Origin: a virus
Reading direction: 5' to 3' (one strand)
Virus record (IMG/VR): IMGVR_UViG_3300020477_001611
Span: 37,155 to 101,154 of that record
Length of the DNA stretch: 64,000 bases
Shown here piece by piece: positions 39,103-48,032 of the stretch. A model generated the notes under the pieces. That model saw only the letters and a program-made list of their open reading frames with translations. It was not told the DNA's origin and did not search any database. Position numbers and translations under genes: made by a program. Numbering within the stretch: position 1 is the first letter of the stretch; each line of letters starts with the position of its first letter.

Positions 39103-40084
39103 TGAAGTAATTGTTCCTTGTCTTGTAAAGATCTCTGTTTTCCGCAAACCAATCGACTGTTTCTTTAAGTCCCTCGTACAAAGATGTCTTGTTTTTAATC
39201 CCATGGGATTCTGCTCTAGAAGTATCCATGATCCTCTTCGCGTCACCCTTTGGTTTGCTTGTATCCCAAACAATGTCAACATTTTTATCGTAAATGTCTC
39301 TAATGGTTTCTGCCAATTCTTTAATGGTGATTCCTGTGCCCGATCCTAAGTTAACCGGCTCTGTGACACCGTTTTCTACTAATTTAATCATTGCTGCTGC
39401 GCAGTCGTCGGCATAAATGAAATCTCTAATGGGGGCCCCATCCCCCCAGCAGACTAACGGTGATTCTCCAGAAGCTATTCGATTAATTAAAGATGGAATC
39501 ACCATAGCATTATTTGGATCAAAATTGTCCCATTTTCCATATACGTTAGCGGGGCGCGCAATTGAAATATTATTCTTTCCATTTTGTACCGCGTAGGCGC
39601 CCGCTTGAAGTTCCCCGATCCTCTTAGACCAGCCGGGATATTTGTCGTTCTCTGAAGGGAACGTTTTCCAAACATCGTCCTCCTTAAAAACTGGGGCTGG
39701 ATGGTACACTCCAACAGAACTAGTGTACAAGTACCACTCAACCCCCTCTCTCATAGCCGCTTCCATCATATTCGTATTAAACATCAACATTGGTACCATA
39801 AATTTTGCTGGCTTTTCGCGTGACATTTTTGGGGAACCCTTAATGCCAATTAAATTAAATACATATTCTTGGCCCTCAACAGCCTTAAGGCAATTTTCAA
39901 ATGAGGTCAAATCTAGCTTTTTAAAATTAACACCTGTGGGCAGTCCCGCAGGATCGTCCAAGGAAACAACAGTCACTCTACAGCCTTTTTCGACGAGCCT
40001 ATCTACCAAGTAACGGCCGATCATGCCGGTTCCGCCAGTAACTAAAACTTTTTTATTTACTAAGTTATTTTTAAAAATAGACAC
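39095..40084 (-). CDS. Fcl/GME-like extended SDR lacking the canonical catalytic Tyr
   Basis: TGGTGMIG, RPANVYG, WGDG..IRDF; active-site segment YPGWSK. Probable GTG start at 40084. Confidence 0.8.
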   Translation of the reverse strand: MSIFKNNLVNKKVLVTGGTGMIGRYLVDRLVEKGCRVTVVSLDDPAGLPTGVNFKKLDLTSFENCLKAVEGQEYVFNLIGIKGSPKMSREKPAKFMVPMLMFNTNMMEAAMREGVEWYLYTSSVGVYHPAPVFKEDDVWKTFPSENDKYPGWSKRIGELQAGAYAVQNGKNNISIARPANVYGKWDNFDPNNAMVIPSLINRIASGESPLVCWGDGAPIRDFIYADDCAAAMIKLVENGVTEPVNLGSGTGITIKELAETIRDIYDKNVDIVWDTSKPKGDAKRIMDTSRAESHGIKNKTSLYEGLKETVDWFAENRDLYKTRNNYFND

Positions 40085-40853
40085 TCTCGCCCCCATCTGC
40101 CGCAATTGATGCCCCGCTTATCAAACTAGCTTTGTCCGAACATAGAAAAACAACCAAGTTGGCAACCTCTTCGGGAGTGCCCATACTGCCTCGCGGGAAG
40201 TTGGACCTAATAAATTCTTCAAAACCTTGTGGGTCCTTCTCCCTCATTGTCTCCCAGCCCGTATTTGGAATCCAAATACCCCCGGGCGCGACAGAATTAA
40301 ATGTAATGTTTGCCGATGCATATGCTGGATTTCTTGATAAATTTTTCATTAATGTTGTTTGCGCTGATTTTGCCACATTAAACCATGGTCGGCCGCCGGC
40401 CTGTTTTCCATAAATTGATGTAATTGCAATAACGCGCCCCCACTTTTTTTCAATCATGTGCGGTAAAAACATTCTACTATATTTCATTGCAGAAGTTAAA
40501 TTTTTATCATAAACTTCTTGCCAAACCAGATCGGTGGTCTCTAGAAGGTCTGGGGATCCCCATCGGCCGCCGCCGCCGACGTTATTTACGACAATATCAA
40601 CTCCACCCCATTTTTCTTTTATAGCAGATTCGACTTTGAAGAAGGATTCATTATCCAGTACATCTGCCACAATACAAATACTTTCTATATCATATTCAGA
40701 TAAGAAATCTTTTGCCTCTTTAACCCTTTCTGGTGTGCGGCTAAATACGGCGATGTCAACTCCCTCCTTGGCCAGTTCAATAGCGATGGCCTTTCCTATA
40801 CCATGTGTTCCGCCACTAACAAGAGCCCTCTTTCCCCTTAAATCTAAATTCAT
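40071..40853 (-). CDS. Classical SDR oxidoreductase (FabG-like) with Tyr->Phe
   Basis: GGTHGIG, VNNVG, NSVAPG; FNVAK in place of YxxxK. Confidence 0.85.
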   Translation of the reverse strand: MNLDLRGKRALVSGGTHGIGKAIAIELAKEGVDIAVFSRTPERVKEAKDFLSEYDIESICIVADVLDNESFFKVESAIKEKWGGVDIVVNNVGGGGRWGSPDLLETTDLVWQEVYDKNLTSAMKYSRMFLPHMIEKKWGRVIAITSIYGKQAGGRPWFNVAKSAQTTLMKNLSRNPAYASANITFNSVAPGGIWIPNTGWETMREKDPQGFEEFIRSNFPRGSMGTPEEVANLVVFLCSDKASLISGASIAADGGESVYF

Positions 40854-41776
40854 TTTTGCTCCAAAAAATTTGTTATCTTGTTCACAACGCTAGCCTCATC
40901 TAATGAATATTTTTTATGAAGTTTTTGGCGAGTGCCATAATAAAAACAATGCTGATCTCTCACGGCTATTGGTAGAAATTTTTTATGCAAATGATGCTTA
41001 GCCAGCAAAAATCCAATCTTCTCGCCCACACCGCCCGAGTATGTATTTTCTTCTAGCGTGATAATGTTCTCGGCATTTTGTAATAATTTAAGTATTTTAT
41101 TTTCGTTCAAAGGTTTAAGTCTATAAATATCAATAACAGAAACCCCCTCAAGCCGATTTGCCGCCCCAACTGCAACATGGGTCATGTAGCCTGTAGATAA
41201 AATCAAGGTATTCTGTGGCGGGCCTTTAAGCAAGTGAGCGCCCTCTTGAACATTAAAATCGTGATTATAAATTCTATTACACACGCCCTTTTCTATTCTA
41301 AAATATTTTGGACCGTGGGTGTAATAAGCCATCTCTGCCAAGCTTCTTGAGTTTACTTCATCTGTAACGTTAAAAACTTGTAACCCGGGGAGGGTCATCA
41401 TCGCCTGAGCGTCCTGCATCCCTTGATGTGTTGGGCCATCCGTACTATATGTAAAGCCGGCGCCGACGCCAATTAAATTGACGTGAGAGTTCATTGCGCA
41501 CAAATCTATATTAACTTGCTCTAAACTCCTCATTGATATAAAGTTATTGATACTATAAACATAAACAACTTTTCCTGTTGCTGCCAACCCTGCGGCAAAA
41601 CTAATCATATTTTGTTCAGCTATGCCAACATTCAGATACTGTGAAGGGAAATCTTTTTCTATTCTTGATAACCCAAAAGCTCCATGATCTGCTGTCAATA
41701 TAATCGCTTCTTTATGTTCACTAATGATTTTATAAACGCCATCAAAAAAAGCGTCTCTCATGTCCACAATACTCAT
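40850..41776 (-). CDS. Transketolase-like C-terminal (beta) subunit
   Basis: NVGIAEQNM...AAGLA, DGPTHQ, ITLEE. Confidence 0.88.
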   Translation of the reverse strand: MSIVDMRDAFFDGVYKIISEHKEAIILTADHGAFGLSRIEKDFPSQYLNVGIAEQNMISFAAGLAATGKVVYVYSINNFISMRSLEQVNIDLCAMNSHVNLIGVGAGFTYSTDGPTHQGMQDAQAMMTLPGLQVFNVTDEVNSRSLAEMAYYTHGPKYFRIEKGVCNRIYNHDFNVQEGAHLLKGPPQNTLILSTGYMTHVAVGAANRLEGVSVIDIYRLKPLNENKILKLLQNAENIITLEENTYSGGVGEKIGFLLAKHHLHKKFLPIAVRDQHCFYYGTRQKLHKKYSLDEASVVNKITNFLEQK

Positions 41777-42597
41777 TGTGTGCCCCTGCTGATTTCTTCT
41801 TTACAGAGATGATATGTGTCTTTATCAATGCCGCCGTGATGCCACTTATGATTATTCTCCATAAAAGAAACGCCTTTTCCCTTGGTCGTATTTGCTATAA
41901 TTACTGTTGGCTTATCGCCCCCTATAGCAGAAAAAACCTCAAAAAGTTTTTTATGATCGTGGCCGTCAACTTCAACAACGTTCCACCCAAAGGCCCTCCA
42001 TTTGTCACCAAAAGGATTTAATCTATTTATTTTTTCAGTTTGCCCGTGAATACACAGCCCATTTCTGTCCACAATAGCAATAAGATTATTAAGCGATAGG
42101 TGGGCAGAAAGTTGTGCCGCTTCCCAGATCGTCCCTTCGCAACACTCCCCATCGCCCAATACAACATACGTCTTACAGTTTTTATTGTCAAGCTTTGCTG
42201 AATATGCCATACCAGAGGCTACTCCCAAGCCATGACCCAAAGAGCCGGTGTCAAATTCAATTCCCGGGATATTATGATCCGGATGTTCTCCCAGCAACCC
42301 TTCATTATTCATCGACATAAGATCTTTTTCTGTAATTAATCCAAGCTCTTGTAATATCACATATTGCGCGATGGCGGCGTGACCCTTGCTTAATAAAAAT
42401 CGATTTCTATCTTGACTTAAATAATTTTTCTTGTTCAATCCGAGGAATCCACCATAATATAATACAGTTAGAATATCTACACACGAGTATGCTCCACCAA
42501 TATGGCCCTTCCCCGCGTTATAGATTGTTTTTAAAATTTTAAGTCTGAATTTTGTACTTAAACTTCTTAACTGCTTTACCAAAGCCTCTTTTTGCAT
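41773..42597 (-). CDS. Transketolase-like N-terminal (alpha) subunit
   Basis: GHIGG, LSKGHA, TGSLGHGL, ThDP motif GDGE..EG..WEA...DRN. Confidence 0.9.
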   Translation of the reverse strand: MQKEALVKQLRSLSTKFRLKILKTIYNAGKGHIGGAYSCVDILTVLYYGGFLGLNKKNYLSQDRNRFLLSKGHAAIAQYVILQELGLITEKDLMSMNNEGLLGEHPDHNIPGIEFDTGSLGHGLGVASGMAYSAKLDNKNCKTYVVLGDGECCEGTIWEAAQLSAHLSLNNLIAIVDRNGLCIHGQTEKINRLNPFGDKWRAFGWNVVEVDGHDHKKLFEVFSAIGGDKPTVIIANTTKGKGVSFMENNHKWHHGGIDKDTYHLCKEEISRGTQ

Positions 42598-42603
42598 CGT
42601 GCC

Positions 42604-43161
42604 TCACATCTTGGTGCATATCATTTTTGTGTTTATTCTAGACTTCATAATGTCCTTCATCAACTCTGGACATTCATATTTCTTTAATTGCTCGACCTCA
42701 AAGCCTCTCTTCATCATATATTTTTCTATATCCACATGATAATATTTTGAAGAAAAATTATTATTAAAAAGTATTTTACCACCCTTGACAACGTTATTTA
42801 TAGCCCATTCTAAACACTGAAGGCGCAACTCGGGATGTGTTGCGGCTGCAGCAACATCGATCTCACAAAAAGCTAAATCAATTTTTTTATTTAAATTATT
42901 ACAATCAACTATTTGTATATTTGGATGTCCAAGAGGATTAAGCCAATCATACCCTATCACGCGCTCCGGCCCATATATGGAACAAAGATTTTCGATGGCC
43001 AAGCCCAAACCACAACCGACCTGCACAATGTAGCCGTTGGGCGGTATATTTAATCTTGGCAGCACATATTTTGAAACTAAAAAAGAACAATATTCATACC
43101 CATAGTGCGTCCACTTAAGAGAAGAAAAAGATTCGTCCATTTTTTCTTTTTCTGTCATCAT
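42604..43161 (-). CDS. Class I SAM-dependent methyltransferase-like protein
   Basis: IVQVGCGLG, VIGYD, GGKILF. Start moved to 43161 (ATGA overlap, SD AGGAG). Confidence 0.6.
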   Translation of the reverse strand: MMTEKEKMDESFSSLKWTHYGYEYCSFLVSKYVLPRLNIPPNGYIVQVGCGLGLAIENLCSIYGPERVIGYDWLNPLGHPNIQIVDCNNLNKKIDLAFCEIDVAAAATHPELRLQCLEWAINNVVKGGKILFNNNFSSKYYHVDIEKYMMKRGFEVEQLKKYECPELMKDIMKSRINTKMICTKM

Positions 43162-43835
43162 ATGATAAACTCCTTTTCCTCTAAAAGGTGTAAAGAGTCT
43201 GGTGTTGTTATTCCCGTAACTTGTAATGTCCACTTGTCCGCAATGCCTGCGTTGCAAGATAAATGATACATACCATAAGGCCATGTGTAAGTATCGCCTC
43301 TTTTCCAATTTGTTACAACATTATTGCCGATTTGTACCATGTGGCCCCAATGCCAATCTTCTAAAAACATCAAATATCTTCTCACGGTGGTAAGGTCGGA
43401 GATGTTTTGGGAGTCTCTAATCATCTTATATGTATCAAAATGCCATGGCACAACATTTCCGGGGCGCTGTCTTATCATTGCCAATGAGCAATTTGATAGT
43501 CCAGAAATTTCTGCGATGCGATGACAAAATTCAGGGAATTTGTGATCATTGGTGCTGGTGATTTGGAATCTACGTGTATTATGCTCAGTATATCCAGCGG
43601 CCACATAAAGCTCTTTGCCCCAACTCAAATTAAACTCATCTAATGGTTTATCATAATCTTCTGGGTATATATCCACGGCATGGCCTTCCTCAACTTGTTC
43701 AGTCGCTACTTTAAAATTATCAAAATCGCCCACAAATCTACCCACATATTGACCATCTTGTGATTCAATTTGTGGATCATAGTGCCAATCCTGAAGGGAT
43801 TTTTTATATTCTAGCTGACTGTCAAATTTAAACAT
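43158..43835 (-). CDS. 2OG-Fe(II)/DSBH oxygenase-like protein
   Basis: PGNVVPWHFD (HxD), distal H in YHLSCNAG, terminal TLQVTG strand. Confidence 0.6.
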   Translation of the reverse strand: MFKFDSQLEYKKSLQDWHYDPQIESQDGQYVGRFVGDFDNFKVATEQVEEGHAVDIYPEDYDKPLDEFNLSWGKELYVAAGYTEHNTRRFQITSTNDHKFPEFCHRIAEISGLSNCSLAMIRQRPGNVVPWHFDTYKMIRDSQNISDLTTVRRYLMFLEDWHWGHMVQIGNNVVTNWKRGDTYTWPYGMYHLSCNAGIADKWTLQVTGITTPDSLHLLEEKEFII

Positions 43836-43837
43836 TC

Positions 43838-44776
43838 TTAAATTCCTTTATACCTTTCTTCTAGGGGTGTCCCGTTTGAAACCAAGGGCATATCCCCCAA
43901 AAGACCAGAAATTGTGACCCTTCTCCAATCTGTCCCCCTTTGAAAATCCTTAAATCTTTCATCATCTTTTGCCGCCAAACCAAAAGAAATGCAATTTGTG
44001 GGAATCAAATTGGACTCGTCACACACCATAATTTGTTTTTCCCTATATTTATCTTGAATATAATCAGGCGAAAAATGATTACATATGGCATCTCCGACAA
44101 TGCACCCCATTGTAGATACTTGGCCCAAACTGTTAAAAACATCCACCGGATCATCGTTAAATTCTCTTTTACACCTCATACCAATTCTTATTTTTTCAGT
44201 GCCATAAAACCCCTTACTCATACTAAAAGCGACACCCTTGATGCACTCTCTTTCTAAACTAAAATTTATATTTCTAGCCATAACATAATACGCACAATCA
44301 ATAAATACTGGTACTCCCAATAAGTCACACTTGTCTAAAACAGACTCTAGTTTCGGGTGAATTGAGCCATAATCACTAAACGGGACTGATACTATAAAAG
44401 CATCCCCCTCTCGGATCTCGTCATCCTCAACATAGGCCCAGCCATGATAGTTGTTTCTCCAAGAAAGCCAATGATAAGCAAATTCACCTTTAAAGCATCT
44501 CATTCTCCTATCCTTATATTCAGAATAGAAAAAATCAAAGGCCTGTGTTGAACCATGCACATAGCTTAATTTGTTAAATTCTCTTATTCCTTTCAGATTA
44601 TTATGTTTGCTTTCTTGAACCCATTCGTGAAATCTACATAAAAAATCACTTTGGATACCCCTGTCAAATAACTTAGAGGGATCATGAGCCTTTTTTATAA
44701 ATTCAAATGCCACAGAGTCTGGGACTGGGCGGGAGCCCTTTTGCAGTCCGGGCGGGCATAGCCGATTTTGTTGCAT
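43838..44776 (-). CDS. Fold-type I PLP-dependent enzyme
   Basis: GSTQAF, FIDCAY (PLP Asp), FSMSKGF...RIG (Schiff-base Lys). Confidence 0.65.
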   Translation of the reverse strand: MQQNRLCPPGLQKGSRPVPDSVAFEFIKKAHDPSKLFDRGIQSDFLCRFHEWVQESKHNNLKGIREFNKLSYVHGSTQAFDFFYSEYKDRRMRCFKGEFAYHWLSWRNNYHGWAYVEDDEIREGDAFIVSVPFSDYGSIHPKLESVLDKCDLLGVPVFIDCAYYVMARNINFSLERECIKGVAFSMSKGFYGTEKIRIGMRCKREFNDDPVDVFNSLGQVSTMGCIVGDAICNHFSPDYIQDKYREKQIMVCDESNLIPTNCISFGLAAKDDERFKDFQRGTDWRRVTISGLLGDMPLVSNGTPLEERYKGI

Positions 44777-44786
44777 TTCTTAACTC

Positions 44787-45320
44787 CTATTGATTATAGT
44801 ATTCGCCATATTCCACCAATAACGTTGGCTTTGAATCTTTTCTTGTCAATGCTTTTTGATACGCCGGAAAAATGTCTTCCTTGTTTTCCAGCAACACTAC
44901 TTCAACATTGGTTAGTAAGTGGCGAAACGCCTCAGTATGGTCCTGCGTGTGTTGCACCCCCCCATTAAGGGGAACTTTGGCACCAATTGAAGTGCGCACT
45001 ATAACCCGTGGTTTGTAGGTCCCGCGAGTCATCTCTTCCATCTTGTCTAAATGATTAACCAATTGATTTATTGCAAGCAGTAAAAAATCAAAACGCGGAT
45101 AGCAAGTAACAGGAACATACCCCTCCATGGCCAACCCAATAGAAAGGCCCATCTGCGTTTCTTCAAACACTGGAGTTTCGATCTTTCTATCTTTATTGAT
45201 TGTTTTTAAGGTGTTATAAATTGAATTTCCGCTATAGCTGACAGACTGGCCAAGAAAAACAACTCTTGGGTCCTCTGCTAAATATTCCATCGATTTAACT
45301 AAATGATCTACATACTTCAT
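44787..45320 (-). CDS. Short 2-oxoacid dehydrogenase E1-beta-like ThDP subunit (177 aa, no C-terminal domain)
   Basis: VFLGQ, ETPVFE..QMG..IG.A, DFL..A.NQ.VN, G.QH.QD. Start moved to MKYVD (45320). Confidence 0.8.
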   Translation of the reverse strand: MKYVDHLVKSMEYLAEDPRVVFLGQSVSYSGNSIYNTLKTINKDRKIETPVFEETQMGLSIGLAMEGYVPVTCYPRFDFLLLAINQLVNHLDKMEEMTRGTYKPRVIVRTSIGAKVPLNGGVQHTQDHTEAFRHLLTNVEVVLLENKEDIFPAYQKALTRKDSKPTLLVEYGEYYNQ

Positions 45321-45330
45321 CTTTTTTTCC

Positions 45331-45972
45331 TTAAAACAAAATCCACTGGCCAGTGCCATGATGTGGGTATCCCCTCTCGTAAGAATAATAAAAAACGTCT
45401 TCAGGCGGTATTGTTTTTGTTCCATTCCACGTTTCATCTGTTGGCGTATTAGTACTCATATTGTTGTCCTCGACAACAAACTCCAATGGAAGGTTGTGTC
45501 TTCTGGAGTATTTATATACCTCATTAAAAATACCAGTTTCATAAGTCATATCACCTACGAAAGCCCACACTTTTCTATCTGTACCCTTCATTTGTTGAGC
45601 TTTGGCGGCGCCAAGTGCAATTGGAATAATTCCGCCCACAATAGAAGATGTATACAATTTTGGACTTTTACAATAAACACTCATGCTCTTTCCAGCAGTT
45701 ATTAATTCCCACAAATGTTCTTCTGAGACGCCATGTAAAAGAGCGTGATAGTGGTTTCTCCAAGACGAAAAAACCCAATCCTCTGGGTTGACATATTTAA
45801 AGACTTCAATCAACTGTTTTTCATTGCCCTTTGACATGTGAACTGGACCAGTAATTGTGCCCTTTTCATATTCCTCTTTGACGCGCAACTCAAAATTTAC
45901 TAGATCTTGAGCAGTTAATTTCACATCATTAATTTCTTTATTTTTAAATTTCTCTGGAATGTGCAAATTCAT
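45331..45972 (-). CDS. Short E1-alpha-like ThDP subunit (213 aa)
   Basis: GPVH...G.E, WRNH, SIVGG, GDM...EDNN. Start moved to 45972. Confidence 0.82.
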   Translation of the reverse strand: MNLHIPEKFKNKEINDVKLTAQDLVNFELRVKEEYEKGTITGPVHMSKGNEKQLIEVFKYVNPEDWVFSSWRNHYHALLHGVSEEHLWELITAGKSMSVYCKSPKLYTSSIVGGIIPIALGAAKAQQMKGTDRKVWAFVGDMTYETGIFNEVYKYSRRHNLPLEFVVEDNNMSTNTPTDETWNGTKTIPPEDVFYYSYERGYPHHGTGQWILF

Positions 45973-45973
45973 T

Positions 45974-46948
45974 TTATTCCTTATAACTTTTTTTATACCA
46001 TTCAATGGTTTTTTGGATTCCCTCTTCTAGTGAAGTCATAGGATGCCAACCCAACTCTTCCTTCGCCTTAGTTGAAATTAACGCGAGCTTTGTGTTAATT
46101 GAAGGTTTCGTTAAATCATGCTTTATGGTAACATTTTTATTAGAAATTTTTATTATTTTTTTCACTATCTCTTTAACAGAAAATGATTCTCCATAGCCCA
46201 CATTATAAAGTTCATATTGGCTTTTCTGACTGTTAATTGCTTTGTGTATGAAGCCTACAACATCATCCACATAAAGAAGGTCTCTTTCAGTAGAGCCATC
46301 GCCCCAAACAATAATTTCTTCTCCGTCTTTGGCGTTCAAGACCTTAGTAATAGTTGCGCCGAACATGTGAGATTTTTCTAAGTCATACTTGTCGTGAGGG
46401 CCATAAGTGTTGCTGTGGCGAATAGAAGTGTGTTTTGTTTTGCCCAATCCAGCAAAAAACTCACACATTTTTTCAACATAAACTTTTGTCCAGCCAACAC
46501 CAAAATAATTTTTGAAAATTGGCTCATCTAAATAATAGTCTTTCTCTGTTACGGGCGAGCGTGCGGGATTATACATGACTCCACAGCTTAAAAACAAAAA
46601 GTGCTCTATCGAATGGTCATAACATGCCCGCAGAATAAGAGAATTCATGACTGCATTATCTGTGACATGTAGATAGGGTCTTTCTATAATGTCCTTTGCC
46701 CCTGAAGTGGTTGCTGCTGCTTGAATAACAATATCAAACTTTTCGCTATTAAACACTGCGTCGATGCCGCCTTGTGTTGTCAAATCCTCATAAAATATCT
46801 TTTTACCGGGCCAGTCATCATACCTCCTAGTATTGGCAACGCCATATACTTGAAAGTTCTCCAAATTGGAAAAATATTCTGATATGTTCCTTCCCATGAA
46901 GCCGGTAGCGCCGCAAACTAAAATCTTTTTCACCAGCTTATCTCCCAA
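45974..46948 (-). CDS. Fcl-like extended SDR lacking the canonical catalytic Tyr
   Basis: GATGFMG, SCGVMY, VGWTK, SN.YGP.D, SHMF, WGDG...RD. Confidence 0.8.
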   Translation of the reverse strand: MGDKLVKKILVCGATGFMGRNISEYFSNLENFQVYGVANTRRYDDWPGKKIFYEDLTTQGGIDAVFNSEKFDIVIQAAATTSGAKDIIERPYLHVTDNAVMNSLILRACYDHSIEHFLFLSCGVMYNPARSPVTEKDYYLDEPIFKNYFGVGWTKVYVEKMCEFFAGLGKTKHTSIRHSNTYGPHDKYDLEKSHMFGATITKVLNAKDGEEIIVWGDGSTERDLLYVDDVVGFIHKAINSQKSQYELYNVGYGESFSVKEIVKKIIKISNKNVTIKHDLTKPSINTKLALISTKAKEELGWHPMTSLEEGIQKTIEWYKKSYKE

Positions 46949-47343
46949 TCTTTAAACTCTGCGGCCAAACAATCAATTTTATAGTCTTTTCGGCCGCCGG
47001 CATATTCCTGAATTTTATTCTTTGCTGTATTTCTAATGCCATTTAAACCATGTGTAAGCTCTAGGTTGTTTCCGTCTTTAATTCCTTTGCGGTAATTGCT
47101 TTCGTTGTGCCAAATGTGCAAATTCATCTGAGAGAGAACAACGATTGCCCTAACCGTCTCCGCATCTATATTTTCGGCCTTATTCAGTATAAGCTGAATA
47201 TCGTGACATATATCCTCTATTTCTTGCGCATACTCACTTTTATGATCTGAAATAAACACTTCCTTAAGCTGAGCGATAGAAAGTCTATCAACTAGTTCAG
47301 ATAGCGTAGGCAAGTATTTTCTTTCCGCATTATTTTCCAACAT
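46930..47343 (-). CDS. Helical protein, DUF4254/DUF6165-like
   Basis: ELVDRLSI..LK...N..IWH.E...R...N..R...K..I pattern. Confidence 0.5.
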   Translation of the reverse strand: MLENNAERKYLPTLSELVDRLSIAQLKEVFISDHKSEYAQEIEDICHDIQLILNKAENIDAETVRAIVVLSQMNLHIWHNESNYRKGIKDGNNLELTHGLNGIRNTAKNKIQEYAGGRKDYKIDCLAAEFKDWEISW

Positions 47344-47348
47344 GAACC

Positions 47349-47378
47349 ATTATACCACTTAAACGAAAACAGTTTAAG
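47349..47378 (-). promoter_or_regulatory. Extended -10 promoter with an overlapping inverted repeat
   Basis: TTAAAC-17 nt-TATAAT with TGn extension, 5 nt before the ATG at 47343; 7-bp inverted repeat CTTAAAC-N7-GTTTAAG (47358-47378). Confidence 0.6.
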
Positions 47379-47390
47379 GGGTGGACGATG

Positions 47391-48032
47391 TTATGAGGAG
47401 GCCCTCTTAAAGGCAATAAAGCCGTTTCTTTCATTGGAATAGTCTTTCAAAACATCCCATTCCTTAGATACAAGGAGGTCTTTCTTGACATCATAATTTT
47501 TTAATATGTTGGAGTCATCTAAAAGAATAATATTGGCGCGATCATTTATTTTTTTATATTCTGCATAAGAACTAAATTCGCCGCCGTCCAACAGGAGTAC
47601 ATCTATAGATGGTGGCAATTTATCAAATATATTTATACACTCCTTTTTATTATACCACTTTATGTCTCCGCTATGCCACTCCTCCCAGCCAGTATGGCGC
47701 GGTGGGCCGACCTCTGATGTTTTTATTTCTTCTAAAGTCATAATTTCTGACGGCTCAATAATTCTTCCCAAAAGGAGGTGAATTTTTTTTCGGCGATAGG
47801 CTGCTGTAATCGGCGCCCAATATGTAACAGCTTGATCGTAAAAAACAGAATGAGACTCTATACTATATAATACACTGTCGTCATCCCTCTCAAATAGCGC
47901 ATCCATAAAACATTTCGTGCTACCTTGCCCATTCCAAGTGCCTATTTCCACAAATGTTTTATTTGTTGTATCTCTTGAAAGATCATAAATTAACTCTCCG
48001 GGCCTGCTGCCTCTATTTATTTGGCCACTCAT
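47391..48032 (-). CDS. Class I SAM-dependent methyltransferase-like protein
   Basis: FVEIGTWNGQGST, YSIE, IDVLLLDGG, ILLDD. Confidence 0.7.
   Translation of the reverse strand: MSGQINRGSRPGELIYDLSRDTTNKTFVEIGTWNGQGSTKCFMDALFERDDDSVLYSIESHSVFYDQAVTYWAPITAAYRRKKIHLLLGRIIEPSEIMTLEEIKTSEVGPPRHTGWEEWHSGDIKWYNKKECINIFDKLPPSIDVLLLDGGEFSSYAEYKKINDRANIILLDDSNILKNYDVKKDLLVSKEWDVLKDYSNERNGFIAFKRASS

Noticed and set aside
40850-45972. Central-carbon auxiliary genes (true PDH and pentose-phosphate transketolase)
   Set aside because: No E2/E3, truncated E1 subunits and a setting among NDP-sugar enzymes. A ketose-supply role for the transketolase is not excluded.
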